Assembly: GCA_963704725.1 (NCBI GenBank)
Contig: OY969934.1
Location: forward strand, 1,280,001 to 1,344,000
Length of the DNA stretch: 64,000 nucleotides
Direction of reading: 5' to 3'
Source of the DNA: an uncultured Actinomycetes bacterium
Lineage (GTDB): Bacteria > Actinomycetota > UBA4738 > HRBIN12
Shown here: one piece after another, positions 10,091 to 19,585 of the stretch
How the letters are laid out: each line of letters starts with the position of its first letter
Position numbering within the stretch: position 1 is the first letter of the stretch
Translations under genes and position numbers: made by a program
Notes under the pieces: model-generated
Databases searched by the model: none
Told to the model about the DNA's origin: nothing
Seen by the model: only the letters and a program-made list of their open reading frames with translations

Positions 10091-10128
10091 ACGCGAGGTT
10101 CCGCCCGCATCCGGGCGGAACCTCGCGT
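10091..10128 (-). terminator. Perfect 17-bp hairpin just downstream of glpK
   Basis: acgcgaggttccgcccg-catc-cgggcggaacctcgcgt, 19 nt after the glpK stop. Confidence 0.7.
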
Positions 10129-10147
10129 CCCCTGCCTCGCGTCTCTC

Positions 10148-11644
10148 CTACTCGACCCAGTCGAACGTGCGCGTGACCGCCTTCTTCCACAGGGCGTACT
10201 CGCGCTCGATCTCGGATGCGTCCATCTGGGGCGTCCACGTCTTGTCCATACCCCAGTTCTGGCGCAGGTCGTCGTACGAGCCCCAGAAGCCGACCGCCAG
10301 GCCGGCCGCGTAGGCCGCGCCCAGGGCCGTGGTCTCGGCCACCTTCGGCCGGACGACGGGCACTTGGAGCGAGTCCGCCTGGAACTGCATCAGCAGGTCG
10401 TTGTAGACCATGCCGCCGTCGACCTTGAGCTCCTTCAGCTTGACGCCGGAGTCGGCCTCCATCGCGTCGAGCACCTCGCGGGTCTGCCACGCGGTCGCCT
10501 CGAGGGCGGCGCGCGCGATGTGGCCCTTGTTGACGTAGCGGGTCAGTCCGACGAGGACGCCGCGAGCGTCGCCGCGCCAGTACGGCGCGAACAGGCCCGA
10601 GAACGCCGGCACGAAGTACGCGCCGCCGTTGTCCTCGACCGTCTTGGCCAGCTCCTCGATCTCCGGCGAGCTCTTGATGAGCCCGATGTTGTCGCGCAGC
10701 CACTGCACGAGCGCGCCGGTGATGGCGATGGCGCCCTCGAGGCAGTAGACGGCCGGCGCGTCGCCGAGCTTCCATCCGAGCGTGGTGAGCAGGCCGCTCT
10801 TGCTCTGGACGGCCTCGGTGCCGGTGTTGAGCAGCATGAAGTTGCCGGTGCCGTAGGTGTTCTTCGCGTCGCCGACGTCGTAGGCGGCCTGTCCGAACGT
10901 CGCCGCCTGCTGGTCGCCGAGGTCGCCGGCCACGGAGATGCCGTTCAGCGTGCCCTTGGCCGTCCCGTACACGGCCGAGGAGGGCATGATCGCCGGCAGC
11001 ATCGAGCGGGGCACGCCGAACGCGGCGAGCTGTCCCTCGTCCCAGTCGAGCGTGGCGAGGTCCATCAGCATCGTGCGGCTGGCGTTCGACACGTCGGTGA
11101 CGTGCACGCCGCCGTCGATCCCTCCGGTGAGGTTCCAGATGACCCAGGTGTCGATCGTGCCGAACATCAGGTCTCCGGCCTCTGCCTTGGCCCTGGCGCC
11201 CTCGACGTTCTCGAGCAGCCACTTGGCCTTCGTGCCCGAGAAGTACGTCGCGAGCGGGAGCCCGACCTTGGCCCGGAACCGGTCCTGGCCTCCGTCGGCC
11301 GACAGCTCGTCGACGACGCCCTGCGTCCGCGTGTCCTGCCAGACGAGCGCGTTGTAGATCGGCTTGCCGGTCTTGCGGTCCCAGACCACGGTCGTCTCAC
11401 GCTGGTTCGTGATGCCGACCGCGGCGAGGTCGGCGAGGGTGATGCCGGCCTTCTTCAGCGCGCCCTCGACCACCTCGTTGGTCCGGGTCCAGATCTCCAT
11501 CGGGTCGTGCTCGACCCAGCCCGGCTTCGGGTAGATCTGCTCGTGCTCCTTCTGCTCGACCCCGACCACCGCACCGGCGTGGTCGAAGATCATGAATCGG
11601 GTGCTGGTCGTCCCTTGGTCGATCGCACCCACGTAATCTGCCAT
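10148..11644 (-). CDS. glpK: Glycerol kinase
   Basis: [56 protein letters not shown]; AGGAGG SD. Confidence 0.97.
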   Translation of the reverse strand: MADYVGAIDQGTTSTRFMIFDHAGAVVGVEQKEHEQIYPKPGWVEHDPMEIWTRTNEVVEGALKKAGITLADLAAVGITNQRETTVVWDRKTGKPIYNALVWQDTRTQGVVDELSADGGQDRFRAKVGLPLATYFSGTKAKWLLENVEGARAKAEAGDLMFGTIDTWVIWNLTGGIDGGVHVTDVSNASRTMLMDLATLDWDEGQLAAFGVPRSMLPAIMPSSAVYGTAKGTLNGISVAGDLGDQQAATFGQAAYDVGDAKNTYGTGNFMLLNTGTEAVQSKSGLLTTLGWKLGDAPAVYCLEGAIAITGALVQWLRDNIGLIKSSPEIEELAKTVEDNGGAYFVPAFSGLFAPYWRGDARGVLVGLTRYVNKGHIARAALEATAWQTREVLDAMEADSGVKLKELKVDGGMVYNDLLMQFQADSLQVPVVRPKVAETTALGAAYAAGLAVGFWGSYDDLRQNWGMDKTWTPQMDASEIEREYALWKKAVTRTFDWVE

Positions 11645-11667
11645 CGGGGAAGCCACCTCCTTCGTCG

Positions 11668-12306
11668 TCAGCTCTCGCCGTTCCAGGTCTCGGCGACCGT
11701 CTTCATCAGCAGCCAGCTGGACGTCGCGCCCGGGTCCTGGTGTCCGGCGCTGCGCTCGCCCAGGTAGCTCGCGCGCCCCTTGCGCGCGACGAGCGGGATC
11801 GTTGCCTTCATCCCTTCCTCCGCCGCATCGGCGGCTCGTTGCAGGGCGTCGGAGAAGGACGCGCCTTCGCCGATCGCCGTCGTGTACGCGTCGCGAGCGG
11901 GCGCGAGCGCGTCGACCATGGTCTTGTCCTCGAGCACGGCCTTCCCACGGGCTTGCACTCCCGCGACGGCCGCCTCGAGCGCGGCACCCCAGTCCGCCGG
12001 CTCCACCTCGCTCTTGCCCGCGGTCGCGGTTCCGAGCTGGAGGAACAACGTCCCGTACAGGGGACCGCCCGCGCCCCCGACGGTGGAGACGAGGGTCATC
12101 CCGATCGTCTTGAACAGCGCGCCGACGTCTCCGGCGGCCTGGCCGTCGAGCTTGCCCAGGACGGCCTGGAACCCCCGGTTCATGTTGATCCCGTGGTCGG
12201 CGTCGCCGATCGCCGAGTCGAGCTCCGTCAGGTATTCCTTGTTCTCGGCGACGACGTCCGCGAACCGCCGCACCATGCGGACGGCATCGTCGTAGCTGGC
12301 GCTCAA
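11668..12306 (-). CDS. dhaL: Dihydroxyacetone kinase ADP-binding subunit
   Basis: [50 protein letters not shown]; TTG start. Confidence 0.95.
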   Translation of the reverse strand: MSASYDDAVRMVRRFADVVAENKEYLTELDSAIGDADHGINMNRGFQAVLGKLDGQAAGDVGALFKTIGMTLVSTVGGAGGPLYGTLFLQLGTATAGKSEVEPADWGAALEAAVAGVQARGKAVLEDKTMVDALAPARDAYTTAIGEGASFSDALQRAADAAEEGMKATIPLVARKGRASYLGERSAGHQDPGATSSWLLMKTVAETWNGES

Positions 12307-12368
12307 CCCTCACCCCTTCGGATCGGGGTGAGGTGCGGGCCGCGGGCGGCCCGCACCTTCACCGCCGT

Positions 12369-13370
12369 TCAGACGCCCCAGCGAAGGCCCGGCGTCTTGA
12401 CCGGCGCGTCCCACAGCCGGATCAGGTCGTCGGTCGTCTTCAGGAGCGTGATCGAACACCCCGCCATCTCGAGCGACGTGATGTACGGGCCGATGAGGTT
12501 CCGGGCGATCGTGATGCCCCGCCCCTTCAGGAACTTCGCCAGCTCGTTGTAGACCACGTACAGCTCGATGAGCGGCGTTCCGCCCATCCCGTTCACGAAC
12601 GCCAGGACGTTGTCGCCCTGCTTGAACGGGAGGTCGTCGACGACGGCGGTCGCCATCATCTCCACGATCTCCGAAGCGGGCTTGAGCTTCATCCGCTCGC
12701 GGCCCGGCTCCCCGTGGATGCCGATGCCAATCTCCATCTCGTCCTCGCCCAGCTCGAACGTCGGCTTGCCCGCCGCCGGGACGGTGCACGAGGTGAGCGC
12801 CATGCCCATGGTGCGGCCGTTCGCGTTCACCTCGCGGCAGACGTCCGCGACCTCCTTCAGCGGACGCCCCGCCTCCGCGGCGGCGCCGGCGATCTTCTCC
12901 ATCAGGACGGTGTCGCCGACGCCCCGACGTCCGGCCGTGTAGAGGCTGTCCTGCACCGCCACGTCGTCGTCGACCAGCACGGACTCGACCTCGATGCCCT
13001 CCGAACGGCACAGGTCCGCCGCCATCTCGAAGTTCATCACGTCGCCCGTGTAGTTCTTGACGATGTGGATGACGCCGGCGCCGCCGTTCACGGCCTTGGT
13101 GGCCGCCTCCATCTGGTCCGGCGTCGGCGAGGTGAAGACCTCGCCGGGGCAGGCGGCGTCGAGCATGCCCATGCCGACGAATCCGCCGTGCATGGGCTCG
13201 TGACCCGAGCCGCCGCCGGAGATGAGCGCGACCTTGCCCTGCACGGGCGCGTCGGCCCGGACGATGATGTTCGGGTCGTAGGAGACGCGCACCAAGTCCG
13301 CGTGCGCTTGCTCGATCCCCGCAAGCTCTTCCCGAACCACGTCCTCCGGCTTGTTGATCAGCTTCTTCAC
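12369..13370 (-). CDS. dhaK: Dihydroxyacetone kinase DHA-binding subunit
   Basis: [45 protein letters not shown]. Confidence 0.97.
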   Translation of the reverse strand: MKKLINKPEDVVREELAGIEQAHADLVRVSYDPNIIVRADAPVQGKVALISGGGSGHEPMHGGFVGMGMLDAACPGEVFTSPTPDQMEAATKAVNGGAGVIHIVKNYTGDVMNFEMAADLCRSEGIEVESVLVDDDVAVQDSLYTAGRRGVGDTVLMEKIAGAAAEAGRPLKEVADVCREVNANGRTMGMALTSCTVPAAGKPTFELGEDEMEIGIGIHGEPGRERMKLKPASEIVEMMATAVVDDLPFKQGDNVLAFVNGMGGTPLIELYVVYNELAKFLKGRGITIARNLIGPYITSLEMAGCSITLLKTTDDLIRLWDAPVKTPGLRWGV

Positions 13371-13420
13371 TCGGGCCTCCTCTCGTCACCTCGTACCGAT
13401 GATCGCGAGATGCGCCCCTG

Positions 13421-14149
13421 TTAGAACCCCTTCATGACCGCGTACGCGATCCATCCACCGAGCACGCCGCCGATGATCGGTCCCACGACGGGAACCAAGG
13501 CATAACCCCAGTCCGAATCGCCCTTGCCCGCGATCGGCAGGACGAAGTGCATGATGCGCGGACCGAGGTCGCGAGCCGGGTTGATGGCGTATCCGGTTGG
13601 ACCGCCGAGTGACATGCCGATGGCGAACACGAGCAGCGCGACGAAGAAGTACCCGAAGTCGCTGACGCCCGCCCCGAAGCCGCCGATCGCGACGACGCCG
13701 AACACCAGCATCGCCGTGCCGATGATCTCGGTGATCATGTTCGCCGTCATGTTGCGGATCGCCGGTCCGGTCGAGAAGACCGCGAGCTTGAGTCCCGGGT
13801 CCTCGGTCTCCGACCAGTGCGCCAGATAGGCGAGCCACACGAGCGTGGCTCCGAGCATCGCCCCGAGGAACTCGCCGGCGATGATCTGGGGAACGTCGCC
13901 CCAGGTGAACCCGAACTTCTCCGGCCCGACCGCTGCCAGCCCGATCGTCACGGCCGGATTCAGGTGGGCGAGGCCACCGGAGACCGCGAGGCTCGACAAC
14001 ACGCCGAAGAGCACGCCCATGGCCCACGCGAACGTGATGACGATCCATCCGGAGTTCTGGGCCTTCGACTTGTTGAGCAGCACCCCGGCGACCACGCCAT
14101 CGCCGAGCAAGATCAGGACACACGTTCCGACAACTTCGCCCAGGAACAT
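13421..14149 (-). CDS. glpF: MIP-family aquaglyceroporin (glycerol uptake facilitator)
   Basis: AHLNPAVT and GYAINPARDLGPR (NPARD glyceroporin signature). Alternative GTG start at 14161. Confidence 0.93.
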   Translation of the reverse strand: MFLGEVVGTCVLILLGDGVVAGVLLNKSKAQNSGWIVITFAWAMGVLFGVLSSLAVSGGLAHLNPAVTIGLAAVGPEKFGFTWGDVPQIIAGEFLGAMLGATLVWLAYLAHWSETEDPGLKLAVFSTGPAIRNMTANMITEIIGTAMLVFGVVAIGGFGAGVSDFGYFFVALLVFAIGMSLGGPTGYAINPARDLGPRIMHFVLPIAGKGDSDWGYALVPVVGPIIGGVLGGWIAYAVMKGF

Positions 14150-14266
14150 GTTGCGGACCACCCCCTTGCCGTGCCCGTGCGGGCACTCCGCCCGTAAGCA
14201 GAACCCCGTTCGGGTTCACTAGTCAAATCGGCGACTTGACCGTCGGAAGACTGGAATCCTCGTCCC

Positions 14267-14287
14267 CCGTTCGGTATGGTCGAACGG
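14267..14287. promoter_or_regulatory. Candidate IclR-family operator between divergent glpF and dhaL2-iclR
   Basis: ccgttcg-gtatggt-cgaacgg: perfect 7-bp inverted repeat with a GTTCG...CGAAC core of the kind described for IclR-family sites. Confidence 0.55.
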
Positions 14288-14321
14288 CCCTATGGTGTAG
14301 GGACACCGGAGGGTCAACGGG

Positions 14322-14981
14322 GTGGCGCGGGTGGTGCAGGCTGAACAGCTCGACGGCGCGTTCGTCACGCGCTGGTTCCAGGAGGCGGCCCGGGCCATCC
14401 ACGAGCAGCGGGACTACCTGACCCAGCTCGACGCCGCCATCGGCGATGCCGACCACGGGCTCAACATGGACCGCGGCTTCACGTCCGTGCTGGCCAAGCT
14501 CGAGGACGGTCCCGGAGGCGGCCCCGGCGAGCTGCTCGAGCTCGTCGGGACCACGCTCGTGCTGTCCGTCGGGGGCGCCTCCGGGCCCCTGTACGGGTCC
14601 GCGATCCGGCAGATGGGACGGGGCCTGGACGCGCAGACGTTCGACGGCGAGGCCCTGCTCGTCCTGCTCCGCGCCGGGCTCGAGGAGATCCAGCGGCTCG
14701 GCGCCGCGCAGGTCGGCGACAAGACCATGGTGGACGCCCTGGTTCCCGCGATCGCCGCGTTCGAGCGCGGCCTGCGGACCGGCGATTCGCTGGCCGGCGC
14801 GGCCCGCCGGGCCCGGGTGGCCGCCGAGGAGGGGATGCGCGCGACGATCCCGCTGCAGGCCCGCAAGGGACGGGCGTCGTATCTGGGCCCCCGCAGCGTG
14901 GGCCACCAGGATCCCGGCGCGACGTCGACGGCCCTGCTGATGGCGGCGCTGGAGCGCGCGGCCGAAGGGGTGTCGGCGTGA
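14322..14981 (+). CDS. dhaL: Second DhaL paralogue (DAK2 domain)
   Basis: [51 protein letters not shown]; stop overlaps the IclR start (GTGA). Confidence 0.92.
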   Translation: MARVVQAEQLDGAFVTRWFQEAARAIHEQRDYLTQLDAAIGDADHGLNMDRGFTSVLAKLEDGPGGGPGELLELVGTTLVLSVGGASGPLYGSAIRQMGRGLDAQTFDGEALLVLLRAGLEEIQRLGAAQVGDKTMVDALVPAIAAFERGLRTGDSLAGAARRARVAAEEGMRATIPLQARKGRASYLGPRSVGHQDPGATSTALLMAALERAAEGVSA

Positions 14982-15751
14982 TCCAGTCGGTCCGCAGGGC
15001 CGCCGCGATCCTGCGCGAGCTCGGATCCGGGCACCCCCGGCTCGGGGTCACGGAGCTCTCGGAGCGGCTCGGGTTGGCCAAGGCGACCGTGTACGGATTG
15101 GTGCGGTCGCTCGAGGAGGACGGCCTCGTGGAACGGGACGCGGAGACGGGGAAGTACCGGCTCGGGCCCGAGCTGTTGCAGCTCGGCAACGCGTTCCTGG
15201 ACGGGCACGAGCTCCGCGCCCGCTCGCTCCTGTGGGCGGACTCCCTGGCCACCCGGACCTCGGAGGCGGTGCGGGTGGGGGTCCCGAACGGGCGGAACAT
15301 CCTCATCGTCCACCACGTGTTCCGTCCCGACGACTCGGTGCAGATCCTCGAGGTGGGTGCCGCGATCCCGTGGCACGCCAGCGCCCTGGGCAAGGCGGTG
15401 GCCGCCTACCGGACCGACGAGATGCTCCGCGACCTGCTCGGTGGCCCGCTCTCCCGGCTGACCGGCCGCACGATCGTCGAGCCCCGGGATCTCCGCCGGG
15501 CCCTGGCCTCGATCCGCCGCGACGGGGTGGCCGTCGAGGACCAGGAGGCCGTGATCGGCGAGGCCGAGGTGGCCGCCCCCGTCCTGGACAACGACGGGCA
15601 TCCGGTCGGTGCGATCGGGGTGGCCGGACCCGTGGAGCATCTGCTGCCGGAGGGCCGGGCCAGGGACGACGTCGTCACCGCCGTGAAGCTGACGGCCCGG
15701 GGGCTCTCGCGCGACCTGGGCGGGGGCCGCCGCTTCGCCCGGAACCGGTAG
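14978..15751 (+). CDS. IclR-family transcriptional regulator (GylR-like glycerol regulator)
   Basis: MIQSVRRAAAIL...LGVTELSERLGLAKATVYGL HTH, KYRLG, HHVFRPDDSVQILEVG (Streptomyces GylR-like), HASALGK. Confidence 0.92.
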   Translation: MIQSVRRAAAILRELGSGHPRLGVTELSERLGLAKATVYGLVRSLEEDGLVERDAETGKYRLGPELLQLGNAFLDGHELRARSLLWADSLATRTSEAVRVGVPNGRNILIVHHVFRPDDSVQILEVGAAIPWHASALGKAVAAYRTDEMLRDLLGGPLSRLTGRTIVEPRDLRRALASIRRDGVAVEDQEAVIGEAEVAAPVLDNDGHPVGAIGVAGPVEHLLPEGRARDDVVTAVKLTARGLSRDLGGGRRFARNR

Positions 15752-15833
15752 GCGCGCCGCCGGGTTCCTTGTCCGGAATCGCTGCCCCCACCTCGGTGCC
15801 GGCGTCCCAACTCCGACGCGCTAGTCTCGGCCG

Positions 15834-16856
15834 GTGATGCCCGGCGAACGACGTTTCGTGACCGTCGACGACTACGAGCCGGTGGCGCGCGAGCGACTGC
15901 CGCCGGACGTCTACGACTACTACGCGGGGGGAGCCGGGGACGAGCGGACCCTGGCCGAGAACCGGCGGGCGTTCGACCGATGGGCGATCCGGCCCCGCGT
16001 GCTCGCCGGCGCCTACCCCCCCGATCCGTCGACGGAGGTGCTCGGCACGCGCATCTCGTTCCCGGTGCTGATCGCTCCATGGGCCTACCAGCGCAAGGCC
16101 CATCCGGACGGCGACGTGGCGACCGCGCGCGCCGCCGCCCGGGCCGGGACGATCATGGCGGTCTCCTCGACGGCGCTGGAGCACCTCGAGGACGTGGCCG
16201 CGGCGTCCTCGTTCACCAAGTGGTGGCAGCTCTACGTCTTCACCGAGCGCGCCCGGTCCGAGGACATGCTTCGACGGGTGGTGGCGGCCGGCTTCGGCGC
16301 GATCTGCTTCACGGTGGACTTCCCGGTGGCCGGGCTCCGGCACCGGGACACGCGGAGCGGCTTCGACATGCCGATGGGCCTGCCCCAGGACGAGCTCGTG
16401 TACGACCCCCACATCGACTGGGACGACCTGGCGTGGATCCGGGAGCGGGCGCCGCTGCCACTCCTGGTGAAGGGCATCCTGACGGCCGAGGACGCGCGGA
16501 TCGCCGTCGAGCTCGGCGCGGACGGCATCGTGGTGTCCAACCACGGCGGCCGGCAGCTCGACGGCGCGGTGGCGGGGATCACCGCGCTCCCCGAGGTCGT
16601 CGAGGCCGTCGGCGGGCGGGTCCCGGTGCTCGTCGACGGCGGCGTCCGCCGGGGCATCGACGTCTTCCGGGCCCTCGCGCTCGGCGCCTCGGCGGTGATG
16701 GTCGGCCGTCCGACCTGCTGGGGCCTGGCGGTGGCGGGGGAGGAGGGCGTCCTCGACGTCCTGGGGATCCTGCGGGCGGAGCTCGAGAACGCCATGGCGC
16801 TCGCCGGCACGCGATCCGTGGCCGACATCACCCGCGCCTTCGTCACGCCGGTCTGA
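15834..16856 (+). CDS. FMN-dependent alpha-hydroxy-acid oxidase/dehydrogenase
   Basis: WWQLY, LLVKGI, VSNHGGRQLDG, DGGVRRGID; TAGTCT -10 element 6 nt upstream. Confidence 0.93.
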   Translation: MMPGERRFVTVDDYEPVARERLPPDVYDYYAGGAGDERTLAENRRAFDRWAIRPRVLAGAYPPDPSTEVLGTRISFPVLIAPWAYQRKAHPDGDVATARAAARAGTIMAVSSTALEHLEDVAAASSFTKWWQLYVFTERARSEDMLRRVVAAGFGAICFTVDFPVAGLRHRDTRSGFDMPMGLPQDELVYDPHIDWDDLAWIRERAPLPLLVKGILTAEDARIAVELGADGIVVSNHGGRQLDGAVAGITALPEVVEAVGGRVPVLVDGGVRRGIDVFRALALGASAVMVGRPTCWGLAVAGEEGVLDVLGILRAELENAMALAGTRSVADITRAFVTPV

Positions 16857-16889
16857 CGCCCCGGCCCCGGTCTGCGACCATGGGCCGGC

Positions 16890-17720
16890 ATGCCCGGGAT
16901 CGACCTGCACACGCACACGAACCGGTCGGACGGCACCTTCGAGCCGGACGAGCTGGTCCGCCACGCCGCCGAGCGCGGCCTGGCGACGATCGCCGTCACC
17001 GACCACGACACCACCGCCGGCCTGGAGACGGCCCTCGCCGAGGGCGAGGCGACCGGCGTCCAGGTGGTCCCCGGCGTCGAGTTCTCGGCCGAGTTCGAGG
17101 GCACCAGCGTCCACGTCCTGTGCTACTGGATGGACGTCGGCGACGCCGAGTTCCAGGCCGAGCTGATGCGCCTGCGGGACGACCGGTTCCGCCGGGGCGA
17201 GCTCATGGTGGGCAAGCTCCAGGAGCTGGGGTTCCCCATCACGTTCGAGCGCGTCCGGGAGATCGCCAAGGGCGGGAACATCGTGCGCCCCCACGTCGCG
17301 CAGGCCATGGTCGAGGCCGGCGTGGTCGCCTCGGAGGAGGAGGCGTTCGAGAAGTGGATCGCCGACGGCATGCCGGCGCACGTGCCCAAGCACGCCCTGG
17401 ACCCGGTGGACGCCGTCCGCCTGATCCGCGGCGCGAAGGGACTGTGCGTCCTGGCCCACCCCGGCATGTGGGGGGACCAGACGGCCGTTCCGGACGAGCT
17501 CATCGAGTCCATGGCGGACGCGGGGATGGTCGGGCTCGAGGTGGACCACACGGACCACGGGCCGGAGCAGCGGGAACGGTACCGGGCGATGGCGCACCGC
17601 CTGGACCTGATCCCCACGGGGGGCTCCGACTGTCACGGGACGCGGTACGACCCGATCCGACTCGGCACGTCGCTCTGCGAGCCGGCGAGCTTCGAGGCGC
17701 TGCGGGCCCTCGCCCGCTGA
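16890..17720 (+). CDS. PHP-domain metal-dependent phosphoesterase (TrpH/YciV-like)
   Basis: DLHTHTNRSDG, AVTDHDT, PGVEFS, VLAHP, TGGSDCHG. Confidence 0.92.
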   Translation: MPGIDLHTHTNRSDGTFEPDELVRHAAERGLATIAVTDHDTTAGLETALAEGEATGVQVVPGVEFSAEFEGTSVHVLCYWMDVGDAEFQAELMRLRDDRFRRGELMVGKLQELGFPITFERVREIAKGGNIVRPHVAQAMVEAGVVASEEEAFEKWIADGMPAHVPKHALDPVDAVRLIRGAKGLCVLAHPGMWGDQTAVPDELIESMADAGMVGLEVDHTDHGPEQRERYRAMAHRLDLIPTGGSDCHGTRYDPIRLGTSLCEPASFEALRALAR

Positions 17721-17745
17721 GGGGCGCGACCCGTAGCATCGGAGG

Positions 17746-19059
17746 GTGACCGGCAAGCGCATCCTCGTCGTGGGCGCCGGGTTCGCCGGCCTATATGCCG
17801 CCATGGGAATGAAGTCGCTCGCCCGCGCCGGGCACCGCGTCACGGTGGTGAACGCCGAGAGCTTCATGAAGTACCAGCCGTTCCTGCCCGAGGTAGCCTC
17901 GGGCACGATCGATCCGCGGGCCGTCGTCGTGCCGCTCCGCTCGGTGCTGCGTCACTGCGAGATCGTGATCGGGGAGGTCGAGCGGGTCGACCACGGGGCC
18001 CGTCGCGCCCGGGTGCGTCTGCCCGACGGGCGCGAGCGCGAGCTCGAGTACGACATCGCGGTGCTCGCTCCGGGATCGACCTCCCGGGTGGTGCCGATCC
18101 CGGGGCTGGCCGAGCACGGGGTCGGCTTCAAGACCGTGGAGGAGGCGATCTTCCTCCGCAACCGGGTGCTGTCCCAGCTCGACGTCGCGGCGATCGCGGA
18201 GGACGCCGACGCACGTCGCGCGGCGCTGACGTTCGTGTTCGTGGGGGGCGGGTACGCCGGGGTGGAGGCGCTCGGCGAGCTCGAGGACCTCGCGCGCGAC
18301 GCGATGCGGCACTACCCGACGCTCCGCCCGCGAGAGATGCGGTGGGTCCTGGTCGACATCGCGCCCCGCATCCTGCCCGAGCTGGGTGAGGACCTCGCCG
18401 CCTACGCCGCCGGGCTCCTCGAGGTCCGCGGCATCGAGATCTCGGTGCGCACCGGGCTCGAGTCCTACGAGGGTGGCACGGTCCGGCTCTCGGACGGCAG
18501 GGCGTTCCGCGCCGACACCCTGGTGTGGACGGCCGGTGTTCGCCCCTCGCCGCTCGCGCGTGACTCCGGCCTCCCGGTCGACGAGGCCGGCCGCCTGCCG
18601 ACCGACGAGTACCTGCGGGTGGTCGGCGTGCCGGACCTGTGGGCGGCGGGCGACGCGGCGGCCGTCCCGGACCGCATCGGCGGCGGCCTGATGCCTCCCA
18701 CCGCCCAGCACGGCCTGCGGCAGGGCAGGGCCGTGGGCCGCAACCTCACGGCGTGGCTCGAGGGCGGGACGCTCGCGCCGTTCGCCCATCGCAACCTCGG
18801 GTGGGTCTGCTCGCTCGGCCGGTACAAGGGCGTGGCCCAGGTCTTGGGGATCAAGCTGCGCGGCTTCCCGGCGTGGTTCGCCCACCGGACGTACCACCTG
18901 TACGCGATGCCCACGATCACCCGGCGGGTCAAGATCGCGGCGGACTGGACCGTGGCCCTGCTGTTCCCGCGAGACCTCGCGCAGCTCGGATCGCTCGAGC
19001 ACCCCCGGCGCCCGTTCGAGCAGGCCGCGGGGTCGAAGAGCCCTACGACTCCTGGTTGA
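17746..19059 (+). CDS. ndh: Type II NADH dehydrogenase family FAD oxidoreductase
   Basis: VVGAGFAG, YQPFLPEVASG, VGGGYAGVE, WAAGD, PPTAQHG. Confidence 0.85.
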   Translation: MTGKRILVVGAGFAGLYAAMGMKSLARAGHRVTVVNAESFMKYQPFLPEVASGTIDPRAVVVPLRSVLRHCEIVIGEVERVDHGARRARVRLPDGRERELEYDIAVLAPGSTSRVVPIPGLAEHGVGFKTVEEAIFLRNRVLSQLDVAAIAEDADARRAALTFVFVGGGYAGVEALGELEDLARDAMRHYPTLRPREMRWVLVDIAPRILPELGEDLAAYAAGLLEVRGIEISVRTGLESYEGGTVRLSDGRAFRADTLVWTAGVRPSPLARDSGLPVDEAGRLPTDEYLRVVGVPDLWAAGDAAAVPDRIGGGLMPPTAQHGLRQGRAVGRNLTAWLEGGTLAPFAHRNLGWVCSLGRYKGVAQVLGIKLRGFPAWFAHRTYHLYAMPTITRRVKIAADWTVALLFPRDLAQLGSLEHPRRPFEQAAGSKSPTTPG

Positions 19060-19495
19060 TCTGCGCCGCCGCCGAGAGCGCCGTGTGGCTCCGCTGGAGG
19101 TCGGGCAGCTCGTGCCCGCCCGTGAGCTCCTCGACCGCCCAGTTGGTGAGGTCGCGGATCGAGATGATCCCCACGAGCCGGTCGTCGTCGACGATCGGCA
19201 GGTGCCGGATCCGCCGGTGGGCCATGTGCTCGGCCGCCTCGGCGATGTCGGTCCTCGAGCCGACGGTGTCCAGGTTGGTGCTCATGCGCTCGGAGACCGC
19301 CGTCGTGCGCGGGTCCTTGCCGTCGGCGACGAGGTACACCAGGTCGCGCTCGGTCACGATGCCGGCCAGGCGGTCGCCGTCCATGACGACGACGGAGGAG
19401 ATGGCGTTGTCGTGGAGCAGCGTCGCGACGTGCTCGAACGTGTCCTGCGGGGACGTGGTCTGCACGTCGGCGTTCATGATGTCCTTCACCTGCAT
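19043..19495 (-). CDS. CBS-domain pair protein
   Basis: VKDIM, GIVTERDL, IRHLPIVDDDRLVGIISIRDL. Confidence 0.9.
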   Translation of the reverse strand: MQVKDIMNADVQTTSPQDTFEHVATLLHDNAISSVVVMDGDRLAGIVTERDLVYLVADGKDPRTTAVSERMSTNLDTVGSRTDIAEAAEHMAHRRIRHLPIVDDDRLVGIISIRDLTNWAVEELTGGHELPDLQRSHTALSAAAQINQES

Positions 19496-19585
19496 CGGGA
19501 TACCCTCCGGTCGGCCAGGCCCGGCAGTCTATCCTCCGGGCCTCGTCACCGGCCCGGCGCGCTCCGCATCCAGGAGGGACCACGC

